A stretch of 64,000 nt of DNA from Alphaproteobacteria bacterium (GCA_963665325.3 CAXXWS020000002.1:672001-736000); one strand, 5' to 3'. Shown: positions 38,774-48,911, counted from the first letter of the stretch. Notes: a model not told the origin generated them from the letters alone. Numbers and translations are program-made.

Positions 38774-39132
38774 CATGGTCCCGTGCATCATCATCCGCGA
38801 CTCCACAAAGCCGCCACATGGAACACGACGTTCAGGGCGGAAGTCGATGCAAATCCTCGACATGAGGATTGGGTGCTCCGGAGATACGGCGCGACTGCCT
38901 CCCGGTCCCACACTCAGCGCCCGCAGGCGCCACGCCCGGTGCTCCTGTTGTATGTCATAAAATCCCCAATCTGCAACTGCAATGCGATTCCTACCACGAT
39001 CTCATACAGCATAATCGTGACACAAGGCGCTTGCATCGACCCCCGTAATGCCTTATTGTGGCTCACCTTATGAGGAAGGCAGCGCTTCAATCCACGGGTG
39101 TCCCTATAGTCCTGAACTGAGGTTTTATTGGC

Positions 39133-39142
39133 ACACCAGCAC
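39133..39142 (+). repeat. right att core ACACCAGCAC
   Basis: Identical to 22625-22634. Confidence 0.9.
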
Positions 39143-39268
39143 GATGTGCTCGGCGAGCGCGGCCGCCAGGGCCTCGCGGTCCCCGGCGGACAGTTCCTGG
39201 CGCAGGTCGAGGCCCTCGATCTCCGCTCCGAGGGAAGGATGCAAAGGCTTCGGCGTCGGGATGCTCAT
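39133..39268 (-). pseudogene. TauD/TfdA dioxygenase, 5' segment
   Basis: Not in ORF track. RBS AGGAGG, then MSIPTPKPLHPSLGAEIEGLDLRQELSAGDREALAAALAEHIVLV, then CQ-stop from element DNA. Confidence 0.9.
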
Positions 39269-39279
39269 GGCGGGCCTCC

Positions 39280-40770
39280 TCATTCGTCTCCGCGGCTGCG
39301 GCGCGCGGCCATTCGGGCGGCGATGGCGGGCCAGGCGAGGCCCAGGACCGCCAGCGCGAAGAAGCCGCAGACAATCGGGCTCTCCAGCAGCCGCAGCCAG
39401 TCATTATCGTACATGATCATCGACTGGCTGAGCGTCTCTTCCAGCATCCTGCCGAGAATGAGGCCCATGACCAGCGGGGCCGCGCCGAAGCCGTGCCGGC
39501 GCATGAGAAAGCCGACCGCGCCGGAGAGCAGCATGATCCAGACATCGAAGAAGGAGCCGCTCAGGCTGTAGGCACCGATCACCGAGAAACCGAACACCAT
39601 GGGCCAGAGGAAGGTGCGCGGGATGAGCGTGATCCGCGCGAAGACCTTCGCGCCCACAAGGCCGATGATGAGGAAGGCGACATTGCCGACCGCCATGGCG
39701 CCGAAGATGGCATAGACGAACTCGGGCGTATTCTGGATGAGATAGGGCCCGGGGCGAAATCCGTGTGCGATGAGCGCGGCCAGGATGAGCGCCGTCGTGC
39801 CGCTGCCGGGTATGCCGAGGGCGAGCGTCGGTACCATGGCGCCGCCGGTCGCGGCATTGTTGGCGGCCTCGGGGCCGGCGATGCCCTCCGGCACGCCGGT
39901 GCCGAACTCGTGCTTGCGCCGGGACCACCGCTTGGCTTCGTTGTAGCCCATGATGGCGGCAACCGTGCTGCCTTCCGCAGGCAGGATGCCGATGAAGGTG
40001 CCGATGCCGCTGGAGCGCAGCACCGTGCCGGTGACGGCGCGAATGTCTTCCCTGCTCGGCAGCTTCACGACCACGGACTTGATGCGCTCCAGCGCCATGT
40101 CCGCCGTCTGGCTCTGGACGAGCATTTCCGAGACGGCGAAAAGGCCGATCAGAACCGGCACGAACTCCACGCCTTCGGTCAGTTCGTGAAAGCCGAAGGT
40201 AAATCGCTCGATCCCGGTGCCGAGATGCGTGCCGATGGTGCTGATGAGCACGCCCACGGCTCCGGCAATCAGGTTGCGCAGCGACGACCGGCCGCTGATC
40301 GAAGCGAGCATGCTGAGCGCGAAGACGGTGAGCGCGAAATATTCCGGCGGCCGGAACGACACCGCCACCTTTGCGAGCAGCGGCGTGGCGACGATGAAAA
40401 CGACCAGGGAGAGAAGGCCGCCCGTGACGCTGGAGACCGCCGCGAGTCCGAGCGCACGCCCTGCTTCGCCGCGCCGGGCCATGGGATAGCCGTCGAATGC
40501 AGTGGCCACGGCCGGCGGCGCGCCCGGCGCATTGATGAGGATCGCGGTGATCGAGCCGCCGAACGTGCCGGCGCAATAGAGCGCCGCCATCATGCAGATC
40601 GCCGACACCGGCTCCAGCATGATCGTGAAGGGCAGCAGGAGCGCGATGGCGAGCGGCGAGGACAGGCCGGGCAGCGCGCCGAACAGCACGCCGATCAGCA
40701 CGCCCGCCATTACCAGCGCCATGTTGTAAAGGCTGAAAGCGAGCCCAAGACCTTCCAGGATCGGTTCCAT
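39280..40770 (-). CDS. tctA: tripartite tricarboxylate transporter large subunit
   Basis: GALPGL, GGSITAILINAPG, PEAANNA and LGIPGS. Confidence 0.93.
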   Translation of the reverse strand: MEPILEGLGLAFSLYNMALVMAGVLIGVLFGALPGLSSPLAIALLLPFTIMLEPVSAICMMAALYCAGTFGGSITAILINAPGAPPAVATAFDGYPMARRGEAGRALGLAAVSSVTGGLLSLVVFIVATPLLAKVAVSFRPPEYFALTVFALSMLASISGRSSLRNLIAGAVGVLISTIGTHLGTGIERFTFGFHELTEGVEFVPVLIGLFAVSEMLVQSQTADMALERIKSVVVKLPSREDIRAVTGTVLRSSGIGTFIGILPAEGSTVAAIMGYNEAKRWSRRKHEFGTGVPEGIAGPEAANNAATGGAMVPTLALGIPGSGTTALILAALIAHGFRPGPYLIQNTPEFVYAIFGAMAVGNVAFLIIGLVGAKVFARITLIPRTFLWPMVFGFSVIGAYSLSGSFFDVWIMLLSGAVGFLMRRHGFGAAPLVMGLILGRMLEETLSQSMIMYDNDWLRLLESPIVCGFFALAVLGLAWPAIAARMAARRSRGDE

Positions 40771-40779
40771 GCGCGCCGT

Positions 40780-41283
40780 TCAGTTCAGGTTCAGGCCGAA
40801 GACGCCCGGCTGGAAGTAAATCTGGAAGGCTTGGGTAAACAACAGCATCACCGCTGTCGGAAACCCCAGGGCGAAGGCGGCAAGCGGCGTCCAGCGTCGC
40901 TCGCCCCAGAGCAGCGGCAGGGCGAAGCAGATGGCAATCAGCGTGAGATAGGTGCCGAGCCACTCCGCCGCCGCGACCAGTACGAGCGCTGCGGCGAAAG
41001 TGACATAGGCGATCGGCCGGACGGTATCCCGGCGGTCTTCGTCGAGGCCGCTGTCACCCCTCCTGCTGCGAACGGCGTGTTCGAACGGCAGGAGCACCGC
41101 GAGCACCCCGATCACCGACAGCATGAGCCGCGGGAAGAAGTCCGGCGGAATGGTGTCGGCGAAAAGCGGCGAGACCTCCTCGAAGGTCGTGCACAGGTAG
41201 AAGCCCGCGCCGACCAGCGCCAAAATCGCCAGGCTGAGCGCGAGATCCGTGCGGTGGACCCGGCCGAGCACCGACCGCCGCAT
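40780..41283 (-). CDS. tctB: tripartite tricarboxylate transporter small subunit
   Basis: Small multi-TM protein with PDFFP motif, lying between tctC and tctA. Confidence 0.85.
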   Translation of the reverse strand: MRRSVLGRVHRTDLALSLAILALVGAGFYLCTTFEEVSPLFADTIPPDFFPRLMLSVIGVLAVLLPFEHAVRSRRGDSGLDEDRRDTVRPIAYVTFAAALVLVAAAEWLGTYLTLIAICFALPLLWGERRWTPLAAFALGFPTAVMLLFTQAFQIYFQPGVFGLNLN

Positions 41284-41295
41284 GAGTGACGCCCC

Positions 41296-42246
41296 CTAGA
41301 GCCCCAGCTCTTCCATGGCGGCCTTCGCCAGGGCGTAGTTCTCCTTGAGCTGCTTGTCCCAGACCTTCCAGCCGGCGACGCTCTCCTCCGGGTCGAGCCC
41401 GGAAGACCGGAGATAGCCGCCGAAAGTCTTGTGCTTCATGGCCTTGGCAAGCGCATCGGAGAGCTTCTGGATGATCGGCTCGGGCGTACCGGCCTTCACC
41501 GCATAGCCGCGTGTGGTTGAGGTCTTTATCGGGTAGCCGAGTTCGAACGTCGTCGGCACATCCGGGTAGCCGCCGAGGCGCTTGTCGTTCATCACCGCTA
41601 GCGGGCGGAAGGTCCCGTCCTGCACCTGCGTCAGCGCTTCGGAGACATTCGGCAAAGTGGCATCGATGGCCCCGGACATGAGCGCTTGCACCATCTGTGC
41701 GCCGCTGCCGAACGGAACCGCTTTCTGCTTGATGCCGGCCACCTTCGCGAACTGCAGCAGGCCGATATGCTCCGTCGAGCCAATCTCGCCGACGCCCCAG
41801 TTGAGGGCACCCTCCTTGGAGGCGGCAATCAGCTCCCCCAGTGTCTTGTATGGGCTGTCCTTGTGGACGGTGATGAAGGTCGGGTCGTCCATGGCGCGGG
41901 CGACGCCGACCATGTCGTCGATCTCCATGCCGCCCTTGCCGCGCGCGATGGTGTAGAGATGGGTCTGCGTGAGCGCCATCAGCGTGTAGCCATCGGCAGC
42001 CTTGCCGTTCACATAGGCCTGGGCCGCCGCCCCGCCGCCGCCGCGTTTCGCGACCACGACCATGTCGGTGTCGAGATTACGGCGCGAGCGGATCATCATC
42101 ATCCGCGCCGTGGTATCGGTGCCGCCGCCATATTTGGCGTGGATGACAACTTCGATGGTCTTGTCGCCCGGGAAGTCGTCGGCTGCGGTTGCCGGCAGCG
42201 CCAACATGCCCGCGAGCGCGACTCCGGTCAGAACGGACTTCAGCAT
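41296..42246 (-). CDS. tctC: tripartite tricarboxylate transporter substrate-binding protein (Bug/TctC)
   Basis: Signal peptide; GGGTDTTAR, ADGYT, VPFGSG and PDVPT. Confidence 0.9.
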   Translation of the reverse strand: MLKSVLTGVALAGMLALPATAADDFPGDKTIEVVIHAKYGGGTDTTARMMMIRSRRNLDTDMVVVAKRGGGGAAAQAYVNGKAADGYTLMALTQTHLYTIARGKGGMEIDDMVGVARAMDDPTFITVHKDSPYKTLGELIAASKEGALNWGVGEIGSTEHIGLLQFAKVAGIKQKAVPFGSGAQMVQALMSGAIDATLPNVSEALTQVQDGTFRPLAVMNDKRLGGYPDVPTTFELGYPIKTSTTRGYAVKAGTPEPIIQKLSDALAKAMKHKTFGGYLRSSGLDPEESVAGWKVWDKQLKENYALAKAAMEELGL

Positions 42247-42327
42247 CGGTAACTCTCCTCGTGCCGTCGAAATGCCGGCCCCCCCCCTGCACGGCCGGTC
42301 GCTATGGATGGCGGGTTCGGTCTTCGG

Positions 42328-43566
42328 CTACTCCGCAGCCTGCGCGGCGCGGGGCGGCCAATCGACCTGGCGGCGCATTTCCAGCCGCGCGATCTGCTGG
42401 CGATGCACCTCGTCGGGGCCGTCAGCGAAGCGCAGCGCGCGCATCCGCGACCACATGAAGGAGAGCTTGAACGCCTGGCTCATCGCCCCGCCGCCATGCG
42501 CCTGCATGGCGTCGTCGATGACCTGCAACGCCATGTTCGGCGCCGCCACCTTGATCATCGCGATTTCCTGGCGCGCGGCCTTGTTGCCGACCGTGTCCAT
42601 CATGTGGGCGGCCTTGAGGGTCAAGAGGCGGCACATGTCGATATTGATGCGCGCGTCGGCCACGCGCTCGCGGAAATTGTCGCGGTCGCCGACCGGCGTG
42701 CCCCAAGTCACCCGCTCGGTGCCGCGCCGGCACATCATTTCGAGCGCGCGCTCGGCTACGCCGATGATCCGCATGCAGTGGTGGATGCGCCCGGGACCGA
42801 GACGGCCCTGCGCGATCTCGAAGCCGCGCCCTTCGCCGAGCAGCATGTTCGAGGCCGGCACGCGCACATCCTTGAAATCGACCTCGCCGTGGCCGTGCGG
42901 CGCATCGTCGAAGCCCATCACGTTCAGCATCCGCACGACCTTGATGCCGGGCGCGTCGGTCGGCACCAGGATCATGGACTGCTGGTTGTACCGGGGACCG
43001 GCCGGGTCGGTCTTGCCCATGAAAATCAGGACCTTGCAGCGCGGATCGCCGATGCCCGAAGTCCACCATTTGCGCCCGTTGATGACGTATTCGTCGCCGT
43101 CGCGCTCGATGCGGCTCTCGATATTGGTGGCGTCGGAGGACGCGACGCGCGGCTCCGTCATCGCGAAGGCGGAGCGGATTTCGCCGGCCAGCAGCGGGTC
43201 GAGCCATTGCTTCTTCTGCTCCGGCGTGCCGTAGCGCTCCAGCACCTCCATATTGCCCGTGTCCGGGGCTGAGCAATTGAAAACCTCGGGGCCCCAATTG
43301 ATCCGCCCCATGACTTCGCAGACCGGGGCATATTCGAGGTTGGTCAGGCCGCCGCCCAGTTCGCTCTCCGGCAGGAACAGGTTCCAGAGGCCCTCTTCGC
43401 GCGCCTTTTCCTTCAACTCCTCCAGGATCGGGATGACCTTCCAGCGGTTGTCGCCCTCATCCAGCTGTTCGTAATAGACCCCTTCGTTCGGATAGACGTA
43501 GCGGTCCATGAAGTCCTGGACGCGGCCGACCAGCTCCTTCGTCCGGTCGTTGAATTCGAAGTCCAT
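42328..43566 (-). CDS. acyl-CoA dehydrogenase (ACAD10/11-like)
   Basis: [36 protein letters not shown] and ADGPDEVH. Confidence 0.93.
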   Translation of the reverse strand: MDFEFNDRTKELVGRVQDFMDRYVYPNEGVYYEQLDEGDNRWKVIPILEELKEKAREEGLWNLFLPESELGGGLTNLEYAPVCEVMGRINWGPEVFNCSAPDTGNMEVLERYGTPEQKKQWLDPLLAGEIRSAFAMTEPRVASSDATNIESRIERDGDEYVINGRKWWTSGIGDPRCKVLIFMGKTDPAGPRYNQQSMILVPTDAPGIKVVRMLNVMGFDDAPHGHGEVDFKDVRVPASNMLLGEGRGFEIAQGRLGPGRIHHCMRIIGVAERALEMMCRRGTERVTWGTPVGDRDNFRERVADARINIDMCRLLTLKAAHMMDTVGNKAARQEIAMIKVAAPNMALQVIDDAMQAHGGGAMSQAFKLSFMWSRMRALRFADGPDEVHRQQIARLEMRRQVDWPPRAAQAAE

Positions 43567-43637
43567 CGGGTTCCCTCTCCGGAGTTCCTATTTCTTTCGA
43601 GGGACCCTAGCGCAAGACGCCGGTTGCCGGAAGCCGG

Positions 43638-44648
43638 CTATGCCTTTCCGGCAAGGCCCAGCACCGTGGCGTAGAGCGTGTCCTCGACTGTAATTCCCTC
43701 CTCGGGCGTCCGGGCACGGGCCGCGAGGCGCCGGTCGCCCGGCAGCCGGGCTTCGCCATTGGAAAGCAGCCGCCCGAACAACTCCTCCACATGGGCGAGG
43801 AAACCCGGTCCCGCGAGCCGCGCGGGGTCTATGGCGATGAACGACTGGGCGCCGTTGGAGGGGCCGCCGTCGCGCTTGTAGTCGGCGGCGCTCTCATGGC
43901 CGAAGAACCCGCCGGAGAGCCCGCCGGTCATCAGCTCCACCATGAGCGCGATGGACGAGCCCTTGTAGCCGCCGAACGGCAGCTGCACGCCTTTCAGGAT
44001 TTCCGAGGGGTCGGTGGTGGGCTTGCCGTCCGGGTCGAGACCGGCGCCCTCCGGGACCGAATGGCCGTCCCGCGCGGCGATCTGAAGTTCTCCCCGTGCG
44101 GTTGCCGCTGACGCCTGGTCGAAAATCATCGGCGGCCTTCCGCCGTCACGCGGACAGGCAAACGCCATCGGATTGGTGCCGAACAACGCTTCCGTGCCGC
44201 CGGCTGGCGCCATGAAGCTCTGCGAATTGACGAAGGTGAAGGCGACCAGCCCTTCCTCCGCCAGGGGCTCGATATCGGGCCACAAGGCGGCGAAGTTGAA
44301 GGAATTCCGGATCGTCATGCAGGCCACGCCCTGGGACCGCGCCTTCTCCGCCAGCACTTTGCGTCCGCGCGCGATGGCGAGCGGCGCGAAGCCCCGGCGC
44401 GCATCCACCGCGACCAGGCCGGGAGCAGCATCCGCAATGTCCGGTTCGGCTTGTGGATCGGCGGCGCCGCTTTTCACCGATGCCACATAGCCCGGCAGCC
44501 GGAACAGGCCGTGGCTCTTGCAGCCGTCCGCCTCCGCGCGGGTGATGTGGTCGGCGATCGCCTCGGCGTTGGCGGGGGAGACACCTGCGTTCGACATCGC
44601 TTCGAATGCGAGCGCGCGGCAGTCCTCCAGCGAAATGGCGGCGGGCAT
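43638..44648 (-). CDS. Ldh_2 family oxidoreductase (malate/L-sulfolactate/ureidoglycolate dehydrogenase-like)
   Basis: SHGL.R, GTNPMA, PFGGYKGS and RLPG. Confidence 0.88.
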   Translation of the reverse strand: MPAAISLEDCRALAFEAMSNAGVSPANAEAIADHITRAEADGCKSHGLFRLPGYVASVKSGAADPQAEPDIADAAPGLVAVDARRGFAPLAIARGRKVLAEKARSQGVACMTIRNSFNFAALWPDIEPLAEEGLVAFTFVNSQSFMAPAGGTEALFGTNPMAFACPRDGGRPPMIFDQASAATARGELQIAARDGHSVPEGAGLDPDGKPTTDPSEILKGVQLPFGGYKGSSIALMVELMTGGLSGGFFGHESAADYKRDGGPSNGAQSFIAIDPARLAGPGFLAHVEELFGRLLSNGEARLPGDRRLAARARTPEEGITVEDTLYATVLGLAGKA

Positions 44649-44725
44649 GTTCGGTGGTCCCCCATGCGTTTGCGGAGTCGGTCCCGGAGCATAGACTTGG
44701 CGGCCGATGACAAGGAAGCCGCGAG

Positions 44726-45478
44726 ATGCGTATCCATTCCGAAGAACTGGGCGGGCATGTGACCCTCGTGCGGATAGAGAACGAGGCGCGCCGCAACGCC
44801 ATGACGCGCGCGATGATGGTGCGCCTCGCCGATCTCTGGGATGAGCTTGAGGCGGGGCCCACGCGCGCCATCGCGCTCACCGGAGCCGGGGACAAGGGGT
44901 TCTGCAGCGGCGCGGATGTGTCGGGAGACCTGTCGGCCTCGCCGGAGACGGCCGCAGCGGTCGCGCGCGCGCTGTTGAAGACGAAACGATATCGCAAACC
45001 GATTGTCGCAGCCGTCAACGGCGACTGCGTCGCCGGCGGGGTCGAACTGCTGATTTCGACCGACCTTCGGGCTGCCGCGCCGCATGCCCGCTTCGGGCTG
45101 CCCGAGGTGAAGTGGGGCATCTACCCGTTCGGCGGCGCGGCGACCAAGCTGGTGCGCCAGATCGGCTATGTGCACCTCATGGACATGATCCTGACCGGGC
45201 GTCTGCTGGATGCGGAGGAAGCGTGCGCCATCGGGCTTGTGAACGCCGTGGTTCCGGCCGGCGAGCTGCTCGACTGGGCGGTGGAAAAGGCGCGGCTGAT
45301 TGCCGCCAACAGCCCGGCAGCGGTTCAGGCGGTCAAGGAGCAGATCACTGCCGGGCTGGAGGAATGGACGCTCTCCCAGGAGCCGCGCGAACAGGCGCTG
45401 GGCGACCGGGTGCGCGCCTCTCCCGACTTTCCCGAAGGCGTCGCCGCATTCCTGGAGAAGCGCCGGCCGCAATATTAG
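44726..45478 (+). CDS. enoyl-CoA hydratase/isomerase family protein
   Basis: FCSGAD, AAVNGDCVAGGVEL, FGLPE and EGVAAFLEKR. Confidence 0.9.
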   Translation: MRIHSEELGGHVTLVRIENEARRNAMTRAMMVRLADLWDELEAGPTRAIALTGAGDKGFCSGADVSGDLSASPETAAAVARALLKTKRYRKPIVAAVNGDCVAGGVELLISTDLRAAAPHARFGLPEVKWGIYPFGGAATKLVRQIGYVHLMDMILTGRLLDAEEACAIGLVNAVVPAGELLDWAVEKARLIAANSPAAVQAVKEQITAGLEEWTLSQEPREQALGDRVRASPDFPEGVAAFLEKRRPQY

Positions 45479-45555
45479 CCCTCCGCCCCATGGACCTTGG
45501 GGTTCGCCTGCGCCATATGTTTGCCCCATTCGGCAGTCCGCCGCTAAGGTCGCGC

Positions 45556-47979
45556 ATGATGGAACTTCTGCAATATATCGACCGGCGCCCGGAGCCTCGC
45601 GAGGCGCTGGCGCTTGCCGAATGCGGCGATCTGGAAGGTTTGATGGATGCGGCGGCGCGGTTGCGCGACCGGCTGCACGGGCCGCGTATCAGCTATTCGC
45701 GCAAGGTCTTCATCCCGCTGACGCATCTCTGCCGGGATGTCTGCCATTACTGCACCTTCGCCAAGCCGCCGCGCCGTGGCGAGGCTGCATACATGACACC
45801 GGATCAGGTGTTGGAAATCGCTCGGGCCGGGGCGGCTGCGGGCTGCAAGGAGGCGTTGTTCACGCTCGGCGACAAGCCGGAACGGCGCTACCGCGCGGCG
45901 CGCGAGGCGCTGGCCGAACTCGGTTACGAATCGACCCTCGACTACCTCAAGGCCATGGCGCAGCTGGTGTTCGAGGAAACCGGCCTGTTGCCGCACCTGA
46001 ATCCGGGCCTGATGACGGCGGAAGAGCTTGCGGAGCTTCGCGGCGTTTCGGCCTCGATGGGCATCATGCTGGAAAGCGCCTCGGACCGGCTCTGCGAAAA
46101 GGGCATGCCCCACTACGGCTCGCCCGACAAGGTACCGGCGCGCCGGCTTGAGACCATCCGGCTCGCGGGCGACGCAAGTGTCCCGTTCACCTCCGGCATC
46201 CTGATCGGCATCGGCGAGACACGGCGCGAGCGCATCGAGGCACTGCTGGCGCTGCGCGATATCGACGACGCCACCGGCGCGGTGCAGGAGATCATCGTCC
46301 AGAACTTCCGCGCCAAGCCCGACACGAAGATGGCCGCCGCGCCGGAGCCGGACGCCGAGGAACTGCTCTGGACGATTGCGGCCGCGCGGCTGATCTTCGG
46401 CCCGGCCGCTTCGATCCAGGCGCCGCCGAACCTCTCGCCGGGCGCGCTCGGGCCCATCGTGGCGGCAGGCATCGACGACTGGGGCGGCGTGTCGCCGGTG
46501 ACGCCGGATTTCGTCAATCCGGAAGCGCCCTGGCCGCATCTGGAGACGCTCGCACGCGAGACCGCGAAGGCCGGCAAGCAGCTGGTGGAGCGCCTCACGG
46601 CCTATCCGCGCTACCTCAACGATGAATGGCTGGCGCCGCCGCTGCTGACCCGCGCATTGCAGCTTTCGGACGCCGGGGGTCTGGCGCGGCCGGACGACTG
46701 GTCGCCCGGTGAGTTGACTGTGCCTGCGCCGATCCCGCGGCGGGGCGCGGCGAGCGCCGATGTCGAGACGATCCTTGCGGATGCGGAGGCGGGCGCGCCG
46801 CTCGACGAAGCCGGGATCGTGCGCCTGTTCGAGGCGCGCGACGACGATTTCCATGCCGTGGCGGAAGCCGCCGACCGGGTGCGGGCGCAGCTTGCAGGCG
46901 ACACCGTCACCTATGTGGTGAACCGCAACATCAACTACACCAATGTCTGCTACTTCAAATGCCAGTTCTGCGCCTTCTCGAAGGGCAAGCTTTCCGAGAA
47001 CCTGCGCGGACGCCCCTACGACCTGGACCTCGACGAAATCCGCCGCCGCGTCGCCGAGGCCTGGGACCGGGGGGCGACAGAGGTCTGCATGCAGGGCGGC
47101 ATCCATCCTGACTACACCGGCCAAACCTATCTCGACATTCTGGACGCGGTGAAGGCGGCCGCGCCCGACATCCACGTCCACGCCTTCACGCCGCTCGAAG
47201 TGTTCCAGGGCGCGCATACACTCGGCATTTCCGTCGAGGCCTTCCTGCGCGACCTGAAGGCGGCGGGCCTCGGCACCCTGCCGGGCACGGCTGCGGAAGT
47301 GCTCGACGATGAGGTGCGGCGCATCATCTGCCCGGACAAGATCGACACTCAGCAATGGCTGGATGTCATGGAGACGGCGCACGGTCTCGGTATTCGGTCC
47401 ACGACGACGATCATGTACGGCCATGTCGAGCGGCCGGTGCATTGGGCGCGCCACCTCCTGCGGTTGCGCAATCTCCAGGCGCGCACAGGCGGCTTCACCG
47501 AATTCGTGCCGCTGCCCTTCGTCCACATGGAAGCGCCGATCTACCTGAAGGGGCGGGCGCGCAAGGGGCCGACCTTCCGGGAAGCGGTGCTGATGCATGC
47601 GGTGGCGCGCCTCGCACTCGCGCCGCATTTCGTCAATATCCAGACCTCCTGGGTCAAGATGGGGCCGGAAGGCGTTTCGGCGGCCCTGGCGGCCGGCGCG
47701 AACGATCTCGGCGGCACGCTGATGAACGAGAGCATCACCCGCGCCGCCGGCACGGTTCACGGACAGGAAATGGCCCCGCACCGCATGGAGGAAACCATCC
47801 TGGCGGCCGGGCGCCGGCCGGTCCAGCGCACCACGGATTACGGCCGCCCGCCGGAAATCCAGATCCTGCGCTCCCGCCAGGCCGCGCCGCTCGCGGACAT
47901 CGTGGAGACCCCGGCGCGCAAATACGAACGCACCGCCCCCCGCACCCTCTACCGCCCGGGTTTGACGGCCGCGGAGTAG
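45556..47979 (+). CDS. fbiC: bifunctional FO synthase (CofG-CofH fusion)
   Basis: Two radical-SAM motifs (CRDVCHYC and CYFKCQFC); IQAPPNL, DDWGGVSP, PGTAAE and GGTLMNESI. Confidence 0.93.
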   Translation: MMELLQYIDRRPEPREALALAECGDLEGLMDAAARLRDRLHGPRISYSRKVFIPLTHLCRDVCHYCTFAKPPRRGEAAYMTPDQVLEIARAGAAAGCKEALFTLGDKPERRYRAAREALAELGYESTLDYLKAMAQLVFEETGLLPHLNPGLMTAEELAELRGVSASMGIMLESASDRLCEKGMPHYGSPDKVPARRLETIRLAGDASVPFTSGILIGIGETRRERIEALLALRDIDDATGAVQEIIVQNFRAKPDTKMAAAPEPDAEELLWTIAAARLIFGPAASIQAPPNLSPGALGPIVAAGIDDWGGVSPVTPDFVNPEAPWPHLETLARETAKAGKQLVERLTAYPRYLNDEWLAPPLLTRALQLSDAGGLARPDDWSPGELTVPAPIPRRGAASADVETILADAEAGAPLDEAGIVRLFEARDDDFHAVAEAADRVRAQLAGDTVTYVVNRNINYTNVCYFKCQFCAFSKGKLSENLRGRPYDLDLDEIRRRVAEAWDRGATEVCMQGGIHPDYTGQTYLDILDAVKAAAPDIHVHAFTPLEVFQGAHTLGISVEAFLRDLKAAGLGTLPGTAAEVLDDEVRRIICPDKIDTQQWLDVMETAHGLGIRSTTTIMYGHVERPVHWARHLLRLRNLQARTGGFTEFVPLPFVHMEAPIYLKGRARKGPTFREAVLMHAVARLALAPHFVNIQTSWVKMGPEGVSAALAAGANDLGGTLMNESITRAAGTVHGQEMAPHRMEETILAAGRRPVQRTTDYGRPPEIQILRSRQAAPLADIVETPARKYERTAPRTLYRPGLTAAE

Positions 47980-48155
47980 GGTGTACGGCAGCTCCACTGC
48001 TGCCCGGTTTGGATGTAGCGGACAGGGCGCGTGGCCCGGATCGACGCCCGGCGTCCCGATTCTCTGTCCTCTCATCCTGAGTAGCCGCAAAGCGGCATAT
48101 CGAAGGGCGCCACCCCGAGACCTCTCTCCGCCAGGCCGCCTCCCACACCTCTTTC

Positions 48156-48181
48156 GTCGCCCCCGCGAAGGCGGGGGCCCA
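48156..48181 (+). repeat. REP-like palindrome
   Basis: GTCGCCCCCGCGAAGGCGGGGGCCCA; degenerate inverted partner near 48254-48284. Confidence 0.5.
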
Positions 48182-48592
48182 TCCCTGACTCCCGATGCTG
48201 CCGCAGCCGGTGGAGAGTGGGTCGAACCGCCGAATTTGTCGCGAGAACCGAGGCTGGGCCCCGGCTTCCCCGCTCGGGGGCGAGGACAGGCGGGGTCCGG
48301 GGCGACGGTTGGGGTCGCGCAGTGTGGAGCCACGACGAGCGGATGCGTGAATCCGGTAGCGCCCGAGCCGGGGCCTTGTGTGGCCGGAGCCCTGTTGCAG
48401 CGAGGCCCGGCTGACGACAAGGGCCGCGCAGTCCGAAGCCGCCAGGGATGCGTGCATGCGGTAGCCCGCTCGCGGGAGGCGGGAGGAGCCTTCCGCCGGC
48501 AATCGTCATGGGTTCCGATCCATGGCCGCCGGTATTGCCGATCCTTACCCGCGGCCGTTGGCATGACTGCATGTTCGTATACTTTGAAATAA

Positions 48593-48636
48593 TTCCCAGA
48601 ACAGGGCTTGTGTTCTGGGAAGTCGTGCTACAATGG
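48593..48636 (+). promoter_or_regulatory. 11-bp perfect inverted repeat overlapping a promoter-like motif
   Basis: TTCCCAGAACA-N7-TGTTCTGGGAA, overlapping CTTG-N15-TGCTACAATGG. Confidence 0.45.
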
Positions 48637-48911
48637 CTCCGAGGGAAGCGGTATCCATGGTCCGCTTCCCGTCTCCCTGGCCCGGCGCCGGAACGACCCC
48701 GATTCAGCAGACAGGCGAAGTGCGCCCTCCGGCTCGCGCGCGCAATCAGGCGCGCGAACCGCGCCGGCGCCGACGCCCGCCCGCGCCCGCCCGCGATACG
48801 CGCGAAACAGGGTCGCTCCGGAGACGGGCCGGGGTGACGACTGTGGTTCGGGCCTGAAATCGGGTTCGACTCGAAAGAATGTAAACGGAATGAAAGGAGC
48901 CGCCGCGCCCC

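Larger units (their letters stand above)
22625..39142. mobile_element. Integrative element (16,508 bp incl. one core copy) inserted in a TauD-family gene
   Basis: Direct repeat ACACCAGCAC at both ends; split gene restored on excision; two tyrosine recombinases at the left end; AT-rich cargo; RHH/MobC-like genes and repeat array at the right end. Confidence 0.92.

Noticed and set aside
22625-39142. Self-transmissible ICE, prophage or RIT element
   Set aside because: No relaxase, T4SS or phage genes, and two rather than three recombinases.
45544-48564. Long antisense/alternative-frame ORFs (also 22695-24962, 14087-16438, 9814-11928, 285-2393, 33602-35617)
   Set aside because: Shadow ORFs of well-supported genes in high-GC DNA; no recognisable motifs.
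48593-48621. LexA box
   Set aside because: GAAC-N9-GTTC fits neither the alphaproteobacterial GTTC-N7-GTTC nor the Gram-positive GAAC-N4-GTTC spacing.
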